Positions 47,639 through 56,409 of a stretch of 64,000 nt of DNA are shown in pieces. How positions within the stretch are numbered: the stretch's first letter is position 1; every line of letters begins with the position of its first letter. The translations under genes and the position numbers were made by a program. The DNA is from a virus. Below the pieces are notes generated by a model. That model was not told the origin of the DNA, ran no database searches, and worked only from the letters and a program-made list of their open reading frames with translations. The DNA is taken from positions 171,395-235,394 of the IMG/VR virus record IMGVR_UViG_3300015263_000944; one strand, 5' to 3'.

Positions 47639-48473
47639 GAATGCTGTCCCTCAACTCTCGAATTTCCTGATGCGTCGGATCGTCGCTTTCATCGAGATTG
47701 ACAAGGAACTCGTCGGACACTTCTGGCCTTCCGCCCTTGGGATAGCAGAAAATGTTCAACGAATTGCCTGCATTCAAGACATCCACCTTGTGATACTTGA
47801 AGTTGTCTGGATTGTAGACAGGAGTTTCATGCAACTCCCAGTCATAACCCACATGCTCCACGAATCTCAAAATGTCTTCCCTGTTGTCGGCAAAGTTCAC
47901 ATACAACAGAGGGGTGGACCTATCGATGGTGCGACGGCAACCATTCAGTACAGAAAGCTCCATGCCCTGCACTGACACCTTAATCAACTTGGGCTTCGCC
48001 AAGTTGACATCATCGATGGCAATTGATGCTACCGGATTATCACATTTACGTCCATCTCGGTCCTTGGCATTCAACAATGTCGCCAAGCTGATTTGTGATA
48101 GATCGACTTCACCATTGATGTCAACCGATGGGAAGTAACAGACGCCTTTGCTGGAATCTGTCACCGAACGGTTGAATGCTTGGATGTTGGTGATCTGGTT
48201 GAGAGCGATGTTGCCGCACAACATGAAGTACAGGAACGTGTGAGCCTCAATTGCCAAGACGTAACCCTCTGAGGTAACGTGCTTCGCCAAAGGAATCGTG
48301 ATCGATCCAATGTTGGCCCCAACATCAACGACCACATCACCCTTGTCAGTCAGCTTCTTCAAGAATTCTACCTTGAAAGAATTGACTTCTCCGTAGGTGT
48401 CCAGAGAACGACCTACCAATTGATCGTTCTCTAAGAACATCATGTCTCCATACTTCGTGCTGCTGACTTTCAT
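47610..48473 (-). CDS. FkbM-family methyltransferase
   Basis: VVVDVGANIGSITIPLAK motif typical of FkbM MTases. Confidence 0.65.
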   Translation of the reverse strand: MKVSSTKYGDMMFLENDQLVGRSLDTYGEVNSFKVEFLKKLTDKGDVVVDVGANIGSITIPLAKHVTSEGYVLAIEAHTFLYFMLCGNIALNQITNIQAFNRSVTDSSKGVCYFPSVDINGEVDLSQISLATLLNAKDRDGRKCDNPVASIAIDDVNLAKPKLIKVSVQGMELSVLNGCRRTIDRSTPLLYVNFADNREDILRFVEHVGYDWELHETPVYNPDNFKYHKVDVLNAGNSLNIFCYPKGGRPEVSDEFLVNLDESDDPTHQEIRELRDSIHGTGLQTVS

Positions 48474-49714
48474 GCTGCTGCCTCTCTCTTATCGTTTTCT
48501 TTGCCCAAGATCTTACGGATGGCTTCGATGATCTGCTCGTTGCGATCTTCTTCGCTGAGATTGGGGGCATAACCCCAGTTCCCGAATCCGAAGTTCCCAT
48601 CATCGTTATCCGATTCATCGGGGCCGACATTGGCCGTCTCGATATAAGAAGAGTCCAACTTTCCGCCTTTTAGGGCGTTGTCGAGGTGTTGTTTCACACT
48701 ATCTTCGTATCTCCAAGAACAAACCTGCGTCATGCCCAACAGATTAACCTTGCTGGGACCGAGTTCTTCTTTGATGATCTTGATCATCCGGCTGTTGTCG
48801 TCGCCCCAGTTGTCACCATCTGAGAAGTAGAAGATGTAGACGTTGTACTTCTCTGGCGGATATCTGTTTTCCAACTGATCCGCAATGGCCCGGAACGCCG
48901 ACGAACACATTGTTCCACCACCATAACGATAGGTGTAGAACGCCTCTTCGTTGACTTCCTGTGCTCTGGTGTCGTGGACAAAGTAGCAACGATCCACCTT
49001 GTCATAGAATTTTCTGATCCAGCAGTCGATCCACCAACTCATGTCGCTGACAATATCGCAGCGATAGTCGTCCATCGACGCCGAGCAGTCTCGGGCGAAG
49101 AAGATGACAGCATTCGAGGAAGGAATCTTGATCTGTTTGTACTGTCGATATCTGAAGTCGTTGTTGATGGGCGTCAGCAATCGAACTGGCACCTTGCAGC
49201 CCGGCACCCACTGGAGGTTCTCCAGTTCGCCGGTCATCGACAATCGCTTCAGTGCTTCCTTCATCGTTCGACGAGGATGGCGCAACGCTTGCAAACCGAC
49301 CCGAGAGATATCGTTGTACTTGATCTTGATCTCTTCGTAGGTTTCATTGGGCTTGGGCCTCATGCGAGGCAACTTCAGTTCGTCCTGCATGAACCGCAGA
49401 ACGTCATCCATATCGATAGTGATCTGGATGCCTTCACCGGGATCTTCCCCAGCTTTGTTGCCACCCTTGCCCGGTTGTGGGTCTCGCCCAACAACGTCGC
49501 CTTCTTTTCCCGGCCCACGACCGACACCTTCCCCGTTGCTTCCAAACACGAAGCGAGGAATCTCGATCTGCGGGATAGAGATCGTCATCTTGCCGCCCTT
49601 GGGCCGCTGACGAACGATGGACCCCGACTTGATCAGTCTTTTCAATTCACGTCGGGTGCGTCCAGAGATCACATCTCTGAACTTCTTATGATCTTCTTGG
49701 ATTCTCTTTGGCAT
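48470..49714 (-). CDS. YeaH/YhbH-like DUF444 (vWA-fold) protein
   Basis: Gly-rich N-region GPGKEGDVVGRDPQPGKGGNK, then vWA-like FFARDCSASMDD; length and order match DUF444. Confidence 0.8.
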   Translation of the reverse strand: MPKRIQEDHKKFRDVISGRTRRELKRLIKSGSIVRQRPKGGKMTISIPQIEIPRFVFGSNGEGVGRGPGKEGDVVGRDPQPGKGGNKAGEDPGEGIQITIDMDDVLRFMQDELKLPRMRPKPNETYEEIKIKYNDISRVGLQALRHPRRTMKEALKRLSMTGELENLQWVPGCKVPVRLLTPINNDFRYRQYKQIKIPSSNAVIFFARDCSASMDDYRCDIVSDMSWWIDCWIRKFYDKVDRCYFVHDTRAQEVNEEAFYTYRYGGGTMCSSAFRAIADQLENRYPPEKYNVYIFYFSDGDNWGDDNSRMIKIIKEELGPSKVNLLGMTQVCSWRYEDSVKQHLDNALKGGKLDSSYIETANVGPDESDNDDGNFGFGNWGYAPNLSEEDRNEQIIEAIRKILGKENDKREAAA

Positions 49715-49794
49715 GATGCTCCCCTTGTGTAAGAAAAGAGGGCGATAGCGGTAGAGTAACGATCAACCACCACTACCGCCCCCAACGTCCGTCA

Positions 49795-51879
49795 TTACTC
49801 GGAGACATCGCCTCTGGCAAAGATGCTGCTCACATAATCGAGCACATCAGTAGCCGACTGCTGGTTGTATCCGCACTGCTTAATCAATCGAGTCTTGATG
49901 GCATCGATCTTTTCTTGCAGATCGGGGTCCAACTCGGCAGCTTCTTTTGTCAAAGCCGACAACTTGATCGTGTCTTTGACATCTTCAAAGACCTTGGCTT
50001 CAAGAGCCCGCTTCAACTCAGGATTGCTGTCCCAGCGGAACTTTTTGTCCCGAGAAGCCAGCGTGCCGATAAAGGCGGCGAGCGAACGTCGGAAGTCGTC
50101 ACAACCCTGTTCGGGGATGCCGTTCTTCTCTTCAATGCTACGCATCAGTCGCTCGTCGGGGTCCATGAGGTTGCCCGTAATCGGGTTCTCCATCTTCTCG
50201 TCATTGACGTAGGCGATCACGTTGTCAACGTATTTGTTGCACAGTCGTTCAATGGCCTTCTCATCGGCGACGAGAGCACGTTGGACCTCGTTTTTCAGGA
50301 TTTCGTCGAGTTCCTTGATTGCCAATTCGACACAGAACTCATACTTCTTCCTGTCCTCCACCTTGGTAATCAGCGACGAGTGACCCAAACCTTCCTTGAT
50401 TTCGCTGAGCACATGGAACACGTTCACATAATGCTTGCGGCGAGCCAATTGGTTCGAGATCTTGTCCTGCACATATCGTGCAGACACGCCACCGATCATA
50501 CCTTCATCTGGGAACTTGTCCCGAAGCTCCTTCACGGTATCTTCGGTCCAGCCCGGAAGCTGACGGCCATCATAAAGTTTGGCCTTGTCCCGCAGATCGA
50601 GTTTCCCCTCACCGTCATCGTGTAAACGAGTCAGAATGGCGAAGAAAGCAGCGATCTCCAAAGTATGTGGCATGATGTGTTGCTTGACTTTTCCGGGACC
50701 ATACAGGTGTTCCAGAATCTTCTGCTCATCCGACCAGCGAAGCAGGTACGGCACATCCACCTTGACGGTTCGGTCACGAAGAGCTTCCATGAACTGGTTG
50801 TTCTTGAGCTTTTCGTACTCGGGGTTGTTCGTGTGAGCAATGATCAACTCATCGATCACAATCTGAGGGAACTTCTTCGGCTTGATCTGGTGCTCTTGAG
50901 ACGCTCCCAGAAGATCGTAGAGAAATGCGTTGTCGAGCTTCAACATTTCGATGAATTCACAGATGCCTCGGTTGGCAACTTGGAATTCGCCGTCGAAGTC
51001 GAAAGCACGAGGATCTGAGTCGGCCCCGAAGTGGCCGATCTTGCGATAGTTCATATCGCCGGTGAGTTCCGTGCTGTCCTGATTCTTCTCGTCCTTGGGC
51101 TGGAATGTTCCGATGCCCACACGATCCGTTTCAGAGTGACATCTGCGGACCACCACGATGTGGTTGTCGATGACCTTCTGCCAATCCCCATCATAGGTCT
51201 TGAGCAGGTGGTTCAAGAACAGCTTGCAGCGGGGATTGATCTCTCCCTCACAGATCAGCTTGTAGAGACTGTCCTTGTCGTCATCACTCGCCATGTCTGT
51301 GAACGTGGCGTTGAGATCCTTCAAGAACTCCTGCCGCATGGGAATCGGCATCAGCTTCAAAGGATTTTCGTTGAGAGCCGCATCGCAGGTGTCATTCAGG
51401 TAGATCGCATTCTGCCCTTCGAAGGGAAGATTGACCCACTTGTAAGTGTACCATGCACCAGCATTGGTGCGGCTGTAGCGTTCCAGACCTCTCTTCAAGA
51501 GGCGGCAGATGGTGGATTTCGACGAACCCACCGGACCATGCAGCAAGAGCACACGCTTCTCGGTTCCATAAGAACCGGCTGCACCGTGAATGAAATCGAC
51601 AAGACCCTGAAGAGTCTTCTCTTCCAATCCGAAGATCGGAAGGGTGTCGTCGTCGAAGAAGTGGTATCTGGTGTGTGTCTTTCGATAACGCTCGAAAGTG
51701 CTGGTGCCCTTTTCCATGATCATGTCATAGACATATTGGAAAGCGTTACGGGCCAGCGTTGGCCGCTTCATGACCAAGTTCAGGTAGTCGCCATACGACA
51801 TTTCTTCGTTCAAGGCGAGAAACTGTTCTCGATCATAAAGTTCAGCGTACTTGCTTAAGAAAGTAGTTGTGTTCTCCAT
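49795..51879 (-). CDS. prkA: PrkA-family serine protein kinase (AAA-like N-domain)
   Basis: 694 aa; N-terminal MENTTTFLSKY...; P-loop LLLHGPVGSSKST; overall PrkA/YeaG architecture. Confidence 0.9.
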   Translation of the reverse strand: MENTTTFLSKYAELYDREQFLALNEEMSYGDYLNLVMKRPTLARNAFQYVYDMIMEKGTSTFERYRKTHTRYHFFDDDTLPIFGLEEKTLQGLVDFIHGAAGSYGTEKRVLLLHGPVGSSKSTICRLLKRGLERYSRTNAGAWYTYKWVNLPFEGQNAIYLNDTCDAALNENPLKLMPIPMRQEFLKDLNATFTDMASDDDKDSLYKLICEGEINPRCKLFLNHLLKTYDGDWQKVIDNHIVVVRRCHSETDRVGIGTFQPKDEKNQDSTELTGDMNYRKIGHFGADSDPRAFDFDGEFQVANRGICEFIEMLKLDNAFLYDLLGASQEHQIKPKKFPQIVIDELIIAHTNNPEYEKLKNNQFMEALRDRTVKVDVPYLLRWSDEQKILEHLYGPGKVKQHIMPHTLEIAAFFAILTRLHDDGEGKLDLRDKAKLYDGRQLPGWTEDTVKELRDKFPDEGMIGGVSARYVQDKISNQLARRKHYVNVFHVLSEIKEGLGHSSLITKVEDRKKYEFCVELAIKELDEILKNEVQRALVADEKAIERLCNKYVDNVIAYVNDEKMENPITGNLMDPDERLMRSIEEKNGIPEQGCDDFRRSLAAFIGTLASRDKKFRWDSNPELKRALEAKVFEDVKDTIKLSALTKEAAELDPDLQEKIDAIKTRLIKQCGYNQQSATDVLDYVSSIFARGDVSE

Positions 51880-51986
51880 GAAAAACCCCTTATATCATGT
51901 GACCGATGCAAGGAGTCTATCAGATGGTTGCAGTTGTTACAAGAGGTCTTCTGCGAAAATCTTTAAGATGGAGAGAAAATCGATAT

Positions 51987-52244
51987 TTAAGAAATCGACT
52001 TCAAAACAGAAGGCACAGTCATTGGTCTGTTGGGTCCGAGGCCCGGACCAGCAGGACGTGCGGGCTTCGTTGCTTTTGGCCCAGCTTTCATCATGTTTCT
52101 GATGGCATCGCCTCGACCCATACCAAATGGTGGTTTCACATCTTTGATCATCAGCTTGAAGATGTTCTTTTCGCCACCAGCTTTTCCGACTGGGCCGTAG
52201 AGACCATGAAGTTCTTCGTTCTGTAAGAATTCCTTAAACCTCAT
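51987..52244 (-). CDS. Small protein with CTS-like N-terminus (MRFKEFLQNEE)
   Basis: Family motif; ATGA overlap with upstream gene. Confidence 0.5.
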   Translation of the reverse strand: MRFKEFLQNEELHGLYGPVGKAGGEKNIFKLMIKDVKPPFGMGRGDAIRNMMKAGPKATKPARPAGPGLGPNRPMTVPSVLKSIS

Positions 52245-52612
52245 GACTTTTTCATCCTCTTCAACATCATCTTCTTCATGCCGAACATCTTCGGTTTCGG
52301 AATCTTCAAACCTTGAATGGGGGAATCGAGAGACATCTTGAAAGCGACGTTGCCAGCATTGGTCGCACCACCAATCTTCGGCGGAACAATCTTATCCATG
52401 CCCCAGCCCACATCCTTCAAGAATGTTTTGTTCAATGAAGATGGGTTCCCAGAAAGATCCATCCAGTTTGTTTGACGGTCGGAGAACTTGGGTGACTGTT
52501 GAAGAAATTGCGAAGACTTCTCCGTCGCCTGACTCGTTTGAGTGGCTTGATTATCACGGGTTCCGTCAGAACCCACTTCGATCTCATTGTACAGCCATGC
52601 CTTAAATCTCAT
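52241..52612 (-). CDS. Hypothetical protein with CTS-like N-terminus (MRFKAWLYNE); start placed at internal Met
   Basis: ORF 52241-52675; motif-bearing Met at 52612. Confidence 0.45.
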   Translation of the reverse strand: MRFKAWLYNEIEVGSDGTRDNQATQTSQATEKSSQFLQQSPKFSDRQTNWMDLSGNPSSLNKTFLKDVGWGMDKIVPPKIGGATNAGNVAFKMSLDSPIQGLKIPKPKMFGMKKMMLKRMKKS

Positions 52613-52629
52613 GCAATTATCTATGAGAC

Positions 52630-52908
52630 CTACTCCCACTTCTCCACACCGTCTTCCCAATAGTGCAAAATCCACTTTCCGCTAGTGGAGAAGTATTTCC
52701 GGTCGATCACGATCTGCCCATCATGAACTCTTCGATGGCAATTAGAACATGTGACTACAGTGTTGTAGTCTGTATATTCGCCGCCCTCTTCGCCCGGAAC
52801 AATGCGGTGGCAATCCAACAAGGCGTAGTCGTCAATATCGCAGAAGTAGCACTTTCCTTCGAGACGCTTCTTAGACTTCTTATCAATAAGTTTTTTCGGC
52901 CTTGCCAT
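52630..52908 (-). CDS. Small HNH endonuclease
   Basis: CYFCD...LDCHRIVP...NCHRRVH HNH Cys/His spacing. Confidence 0.55.
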   Translation of the reverse strand: MARPKKLIDKKSKKRLEGKCYFCDIDDYALLDCHRIVPGEEGGEYTDYNTVVTCSNCHRRVHDGQIVIDRKYFSTSGKWILHYWEDGVEKWE

Positions 52909-52952
52909 ATAACCTCCTCTTGCATAGATATGGTAACGAAAAGGAGGTTTCT

Positions 52953-53129
52953 ATGCGAGCACTATCTGCTTTGCTCCTCGGCCTCGCCCTGTGTTTCTCA
53001 GTGGGCTGCTCTTCTTCTGACAAGTGTTGCGACGATGGTTGCCACTGCCAAAAGGACGGTAAGTGTTGCTGTGAGAACGGCGAATGCAAAGAGGGCTGCG
53101 ATTGCGTCAACTGCGATTGCAAGAAATAA
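52953..53129 (+). CDS. Secreted/lipoprotein-like Cys-rich metallothionein-like peptide (58 aa)
   Basis: GGAGG RBS; MRALSALLLGLALCFSVGC signal ending in Cys; then CCDDGCHCQKDGKCCCENGECKEGCDCVNCDCKK (18 Cys in 35 aa). Confidence 0.5.
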   Translation: MRALSALLLGLALCFSVGCSSSDKCCDDGCHCQKDGKCCCENGECKEGCDCVNCDCKK

Positions 53130-53134
53130 CCACG

Positions 53135-53166
53135 AAGAAAAGCCGCCAGAAATGGCGGCTTTTTTC
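53135..53166. terminator. Bidirectional rho-independent terminator (GCCGCCA gaaa TGGCGGC + TTTTTT)
   Basis: Between convergent genes 52953-53129(+) and 53168-54535(-); A-run upstream and T-run downstream. Confidence 0.6.
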
Positions 53167-53167
53167 A

Positions 53168-54535
53168 TTACTTAAGGAACCCAGTTGTGCTCAACCCATC
53201 CATCAAAGGAGCACACAAAACCTCCGGGACAATATCCGCCCCGACGATATCCGACTTCTTGTAGTCCGCTCCCTTTACCAGCACGTCTGGCCGGATCTCC
53301 TTAATAATCTCCAAAGGTGTGTCCTCGTCGAAAGATACGACGAAATCGACCATCTCCAGAGCCGCCATGACCTTCATTCGTTGGTCCAATGGCTTCAGAG
53401 GCCGCTCAGGGCCTTTCAGACGCTTCACAGAATCGTCCGAGTTCAATGCCACGACCAGCTTGTCTCCTTGGCTCTTAGCGAACCTGAGCGTCTCCAGATG
53501 GCCTTCGTGGAGGATGTCGAAGCAACCGTTGGTAAAGACCAGCTTGAAATCTCGGCTGGCGAGATCAAGCCCGTTTTCGACCAAGCCCCGGTGGGCCATC
53601 TCGGCTGGGACAATGGGCCGGTTCATCTTGTTCTGGACGTAGACGGCTCCAGCCGTCCATGCGATCTCTGCCGCCTCTGGGACCGAGAATCCGTGCCCAA
53701 TCGCCATCGCAAAAGTTGCACAGAAACAATCGCCAGCCCCAATCACACTCTCTACCTCCACGGTTCGAGTGGGGTTAAAGCAGAAGAACTCGTCGTGCCA
53801 GACTCCCGCCACCTTCTCGCCGCCGAACGTAATCACAACGCCTTCACACTCGGTTTCGTTCTGCAAATGTTTGGCCTGTTCTCGCCATGTGCTGCGACCA
53901 GTCAGATCTGCGGCCTCTTTGGCGTTTGGCTTCAAAATCGTGCAACCTCGCCATTTGCTCAATGGCCCATTCTTTGGATCAACGATGGTTGTGACATCAT
54001 GATAGAAATCGAGGATGCTGTGTTCCTCGCTGGCGAAGAAACCTTTGTTATAGTCTGACAGAATGGCGACATCTGGCTTGGACGACTTAGCGATCACGCT
54101 CTCAAGATGTTCTGTGACAAAATCAAGCAGATATTCGTCGAGGCCACAGTTGGGTGATTCGATATCGTGTCGCACGACTTGGACGCCGCCATCGAGGAAA
54201 CGTCGTTTGATTGGGAGGCTTGCTTCGATACCACTGAAAGGGGCACAGGTCCATGACAAGCCATGTTCATCAAAAACCCTTGCTGCTTTGTCATCATAGA
54301 AACAAAACAGCAAGGGATCGACATTGAAGTGTTTGAATTGGTAAGCGACATTCGCTGCGCCGCCCGGCTTCCGCACACGCTGGGAATGCGGGGACCACAT
54401 GATCGGCATGGGAAACTCGGGACTGATGCGATTGACCTTCACTTCATAGTATTCGTCGATCATTGCATCGCCGAGCACATGAATCTTAAGATTCTGGCTC
54501 CTGTTCTTTTGTAGAAAGGTCTGGATGTGACTCAT
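53168..54535 (-). CDS. hldE: Bifunctional D-beta-D-heptose 7-phosphate kinase / heptose 1-phosphate adenylyltransferase (HldE/RfaE)
   Basis: N-terminal ribokinase-like domain with GAGDCFCATFAMAI; C-terminal cytidylyltransferase domain LVFTNGCFDILHEGHLETLRFAK (HxGH). Confidence 0.85.
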   Translation of the reverse strand: MSHIQTFLQKNRSQNLKIHVLGDAMIDEYYEVKVNRISPEFPMPIMWSPHSQRVRKPGGAANVAYQFKHFNVDPLLFCFYDDKAARVFDEHGLSWTCAPFSGIEASLPIKRRFLDGGVQVVRHDIESPNCGLDEYLLDFVTEHLESVIAKSSKPDVAILSDYNKGFFASEEHSILDFYHDVTTIVDPKNGPLSKWRGCTILKPNAKEAADLTGRSTWREQAKHLQNETECEGVVITFGGEKVAGVWHDEFFCFNPTRTVEVESVIGAGDCFCATFAMAIGHGFSVPEAAEIAWTAGAVYVQNKMNRPIVPAEMAHRGLVENGLDLASRDFKLVFTNGCFDILHEGHLETLRFAKSQGDKLVVALNSDDSVKRLKGPERPLKPLDQRMKVMAALEMVDFVVSFDEDTPLEIIKEIRPDVLVKGADYKKSDIVGADIVPEVLCAPLMDGLSTTGFLK

Positions 54536-54752
54536 TCTCCTCCTTCGAGCCCTTCCACCAATTCCATACCGGGATGAATAGCTGAACGGCTACCCAGCCG
54601 ATAACACCTTGTAGAGCAGCTTTGAATGCGAACCATCCGAATGCACCAACGGCGGCGGTGGTCACAGGATCAAGGAGATCCTTCTGCTCATGGTTTTGGG
54701 CAGAGACTTGTACGTTTTGGTCTGCTGCGGGTTTGTTAAGCTTTCTTGCCAT
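54486..54752 (-). CDS. Membrane hypothetical protein
   Basis: TM GAFGWFAFKAALQGVIGWVAVQLFIPVW. Confidence 0.35.
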   Translation of the reverse strand: MARKLNKPAADQNVQVSAQNHEQKDLLDPVTTAAVGAFGWFAFKAALQGVIGWVAVQLFIPVWNWWKGSKEENESHPDLSTKEQEPES

Positions 54753-54811
54753 AGAACACCTCCGCAGTATTTATGGCTGATAACCCGCAGTATCCTATGA
54801 GAGTGCCAAAA

Positions 54812-54842
54812 CGAAAAAACCGCCGTGCAAAACTGCACGGCG
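54812..54842 (-). terminator. Rho-independent terminator (CCGCCGTGCA aaac TGCACGGCGG)
   Basis: A6 on plus upstream, hence T-run on minus after stem; follows gene 54952-55686(-). Confidence 0.5.
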
Positions 54843-54951
54843 GCGACTAGGAGATCACATGTTCGCCTTTTCAGAAAATGACGTTCATGGAATTATGACT
54901 GGCAGATTTCCTTGTTCCTGCTGATTTCTGCAATCACAAATTAAGAGAGTG

Positions 54952-55686
54952 TCACTTGATGTATTTTTCGGCGACCCAATTCCAAGAAATTTCATACATC
55001 TTGCGGAGGGCAGCCTGCCCTCTTGAGGAGATCTGAACCGTCTCCAATGATTCAAAGAGATGGGGAGGGAGATAGAAGTTGTACTTGGTGTAGTTTTGCT
55101 CTGACTTCTGGTGTCTTACTTGAGCACCATCTCCACGAGACCACGCCTCGAACAAAGGAACTGGTTTTCTGGCCCAGTCCTGATCCAACTTTTGGACTTC
55201 GTTCCAAAAGTCAGACGACTTGATTCGATGGATCTTTGTGAAGCCCCCGTGCTCCCAGATCGCTGCGTAGTTGTACTCAGTCGTATGTGCCTGCAAACCG
55301 AGATAGTCTCTGCCGTCTGATGTCTGGCTGGAATTGAAGCCATGAAACGGCTGAAGTCGAACACAGGGAAAGTCTGGATAACTCTTGTTCCTGATCTTGT
55401 ATTGAATGGGAACATTCCCATTCACAAAAGCGTCCTGCCTCAACTCTCTGTCTTCTTCTGCCGTCGCCAACCTGTCGATTTGAATTCTTGACAGGGCTTG
55501 CTCTTCATAGATCAGCAGGCAGAGTGTCCAGATAGAGGAAATCAAGGTTCGGATTCCAAATGGTTCTCCCTTGACGGCTTCACCGTATGTGAAGAACCTG
55601 TTTCCGATTCGTATCCTCGTGAAGTCGGCGTTATAGCGAGCCAAACTCCACTCGTACAACTCCTTGAATCTCTCAATTGGCTTCAT
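54952..55686 (-). CDS. Hypothetical protein
   Basis: ORF track. Confidence 0.5.
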   Translation of the reverse strand: MKPIERFKELYEWSLARYNADFTRIRIGNRFFTYGEAVKGEPFGIRTLISSIWTLCLLIYEEQALSRIQIDRLATAEEDRELRQDAFVNGNVPIQYKIRNKSYPDFPCVRLQPFHGFNSSQTSDGRDYLGLQAHTTEYNYAAIWEHGGFTKIHRIKSSDFWNEVQKLDQDWARKPVPLFEAWSRGDGAQVRHQKSEQNYTKYNFYLPPHLFESLETVQISSRGQAALRKMYEISWNWVAEKYIK

Positions 55687-56191
55687 CAGAATCCCTTCGA
55701 TATCTCACAACGTCAAAACCATTGTACGATTTGACGGTTTCTCCAGTCCAGCCCACAAGCTCGGGGAAGAAGGTGTCTCCTTCAAAATCCCCACTGACTT
55801 CCGATGCCCAAATTTCCGTAATGAGATTGGCGTCGAGAGCCTGCTGGTAGATTTCGCCGCCGCCAATGATCCAGACGGTAGCACCCGGAACCGTCAAATC
55901 AATGAGTTCCAGTGCTCTGTTTATCGACGAAACATACTGCGGAGCTTTAGGGTCGAAGAAAAGTTCGTTGGTTTTCTGGGTACGAGACACCACCAGATTC
56001 ATACGATTCGGCAGCGGGCGGAACTTCTCTGGAATCGAATCATAGGTCTTCCGGCCCATGATGACAGGATCGAATCCCGTGGTCTCCTTGAAGTGCTTCA
56101 TGTCCTCTGGCAAATGCCAAGGCAGTTTGCCACCTTTGCCGATGACACGATTGTTCTTCGCATACGCCACAATGATTCTGGCATCAATCAT
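55673..56191 (-). CDS. folA: Dihydrofolate reductase
   Basis: IIVAYAKNNRVIGKGGKLPWHLPEDMKHFKETT ... VIMGRKTYDSIP ... VWIIGGGEIY. Confidence 0.85.
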   Translation of the reverse strand: MIDARIIVAYAKNNRVIGKGGKLPWHLPEDMKHFKETTGFDPVIMGRKTYDSIPEKFRPLPNRMNLVVSRTQKTNELFFDPKAPQYVSSINRALELIDLTVPGATVWIIGGGEIYQQALDANLITEIWASEVSGDFEGDTFFPELVGWTGETVKSYNGFDVVRYRRDSDEAN

Positions 56192-56409
56192 CAGTCAGTT
56201 CCTCTTCTGAAGATCAAGCTTGCCACCCATCCCAGAATCATGCCAACCAGCAATGACAGAGGCGCAGCAAGATACAACCACACAACAACATATGCCCCGC
56301 CAATTGACGGGTCTTGTTCTGCGGCAGCCCCGCCAGCATTTTGCAGCCATATCCAAGAGCCAAGCAGGCCCAACAGACCACCGCAAACAACAAACAGAAA
56401 CTCTCTCAT
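56191..56409 (-). CDS. Small membrane protein
   Basis: Two hydrophobic segments. Confidence 0.35.
   Translation of the reverse strand: MREFLFVVCGGLLGLLGSWIWLQNAGGAAAEQDPSIGGAYVVVWLYLAAPLSLLVGMILGWVASLIFRRGTD

Noticed and set aside
51031-51858. 275-aa plus-strand ORF
   Set aside because: Antisense within prkA.
53084-54058. 324-aa plus-strand ORF
   Set aside because: Antisense within hldE.
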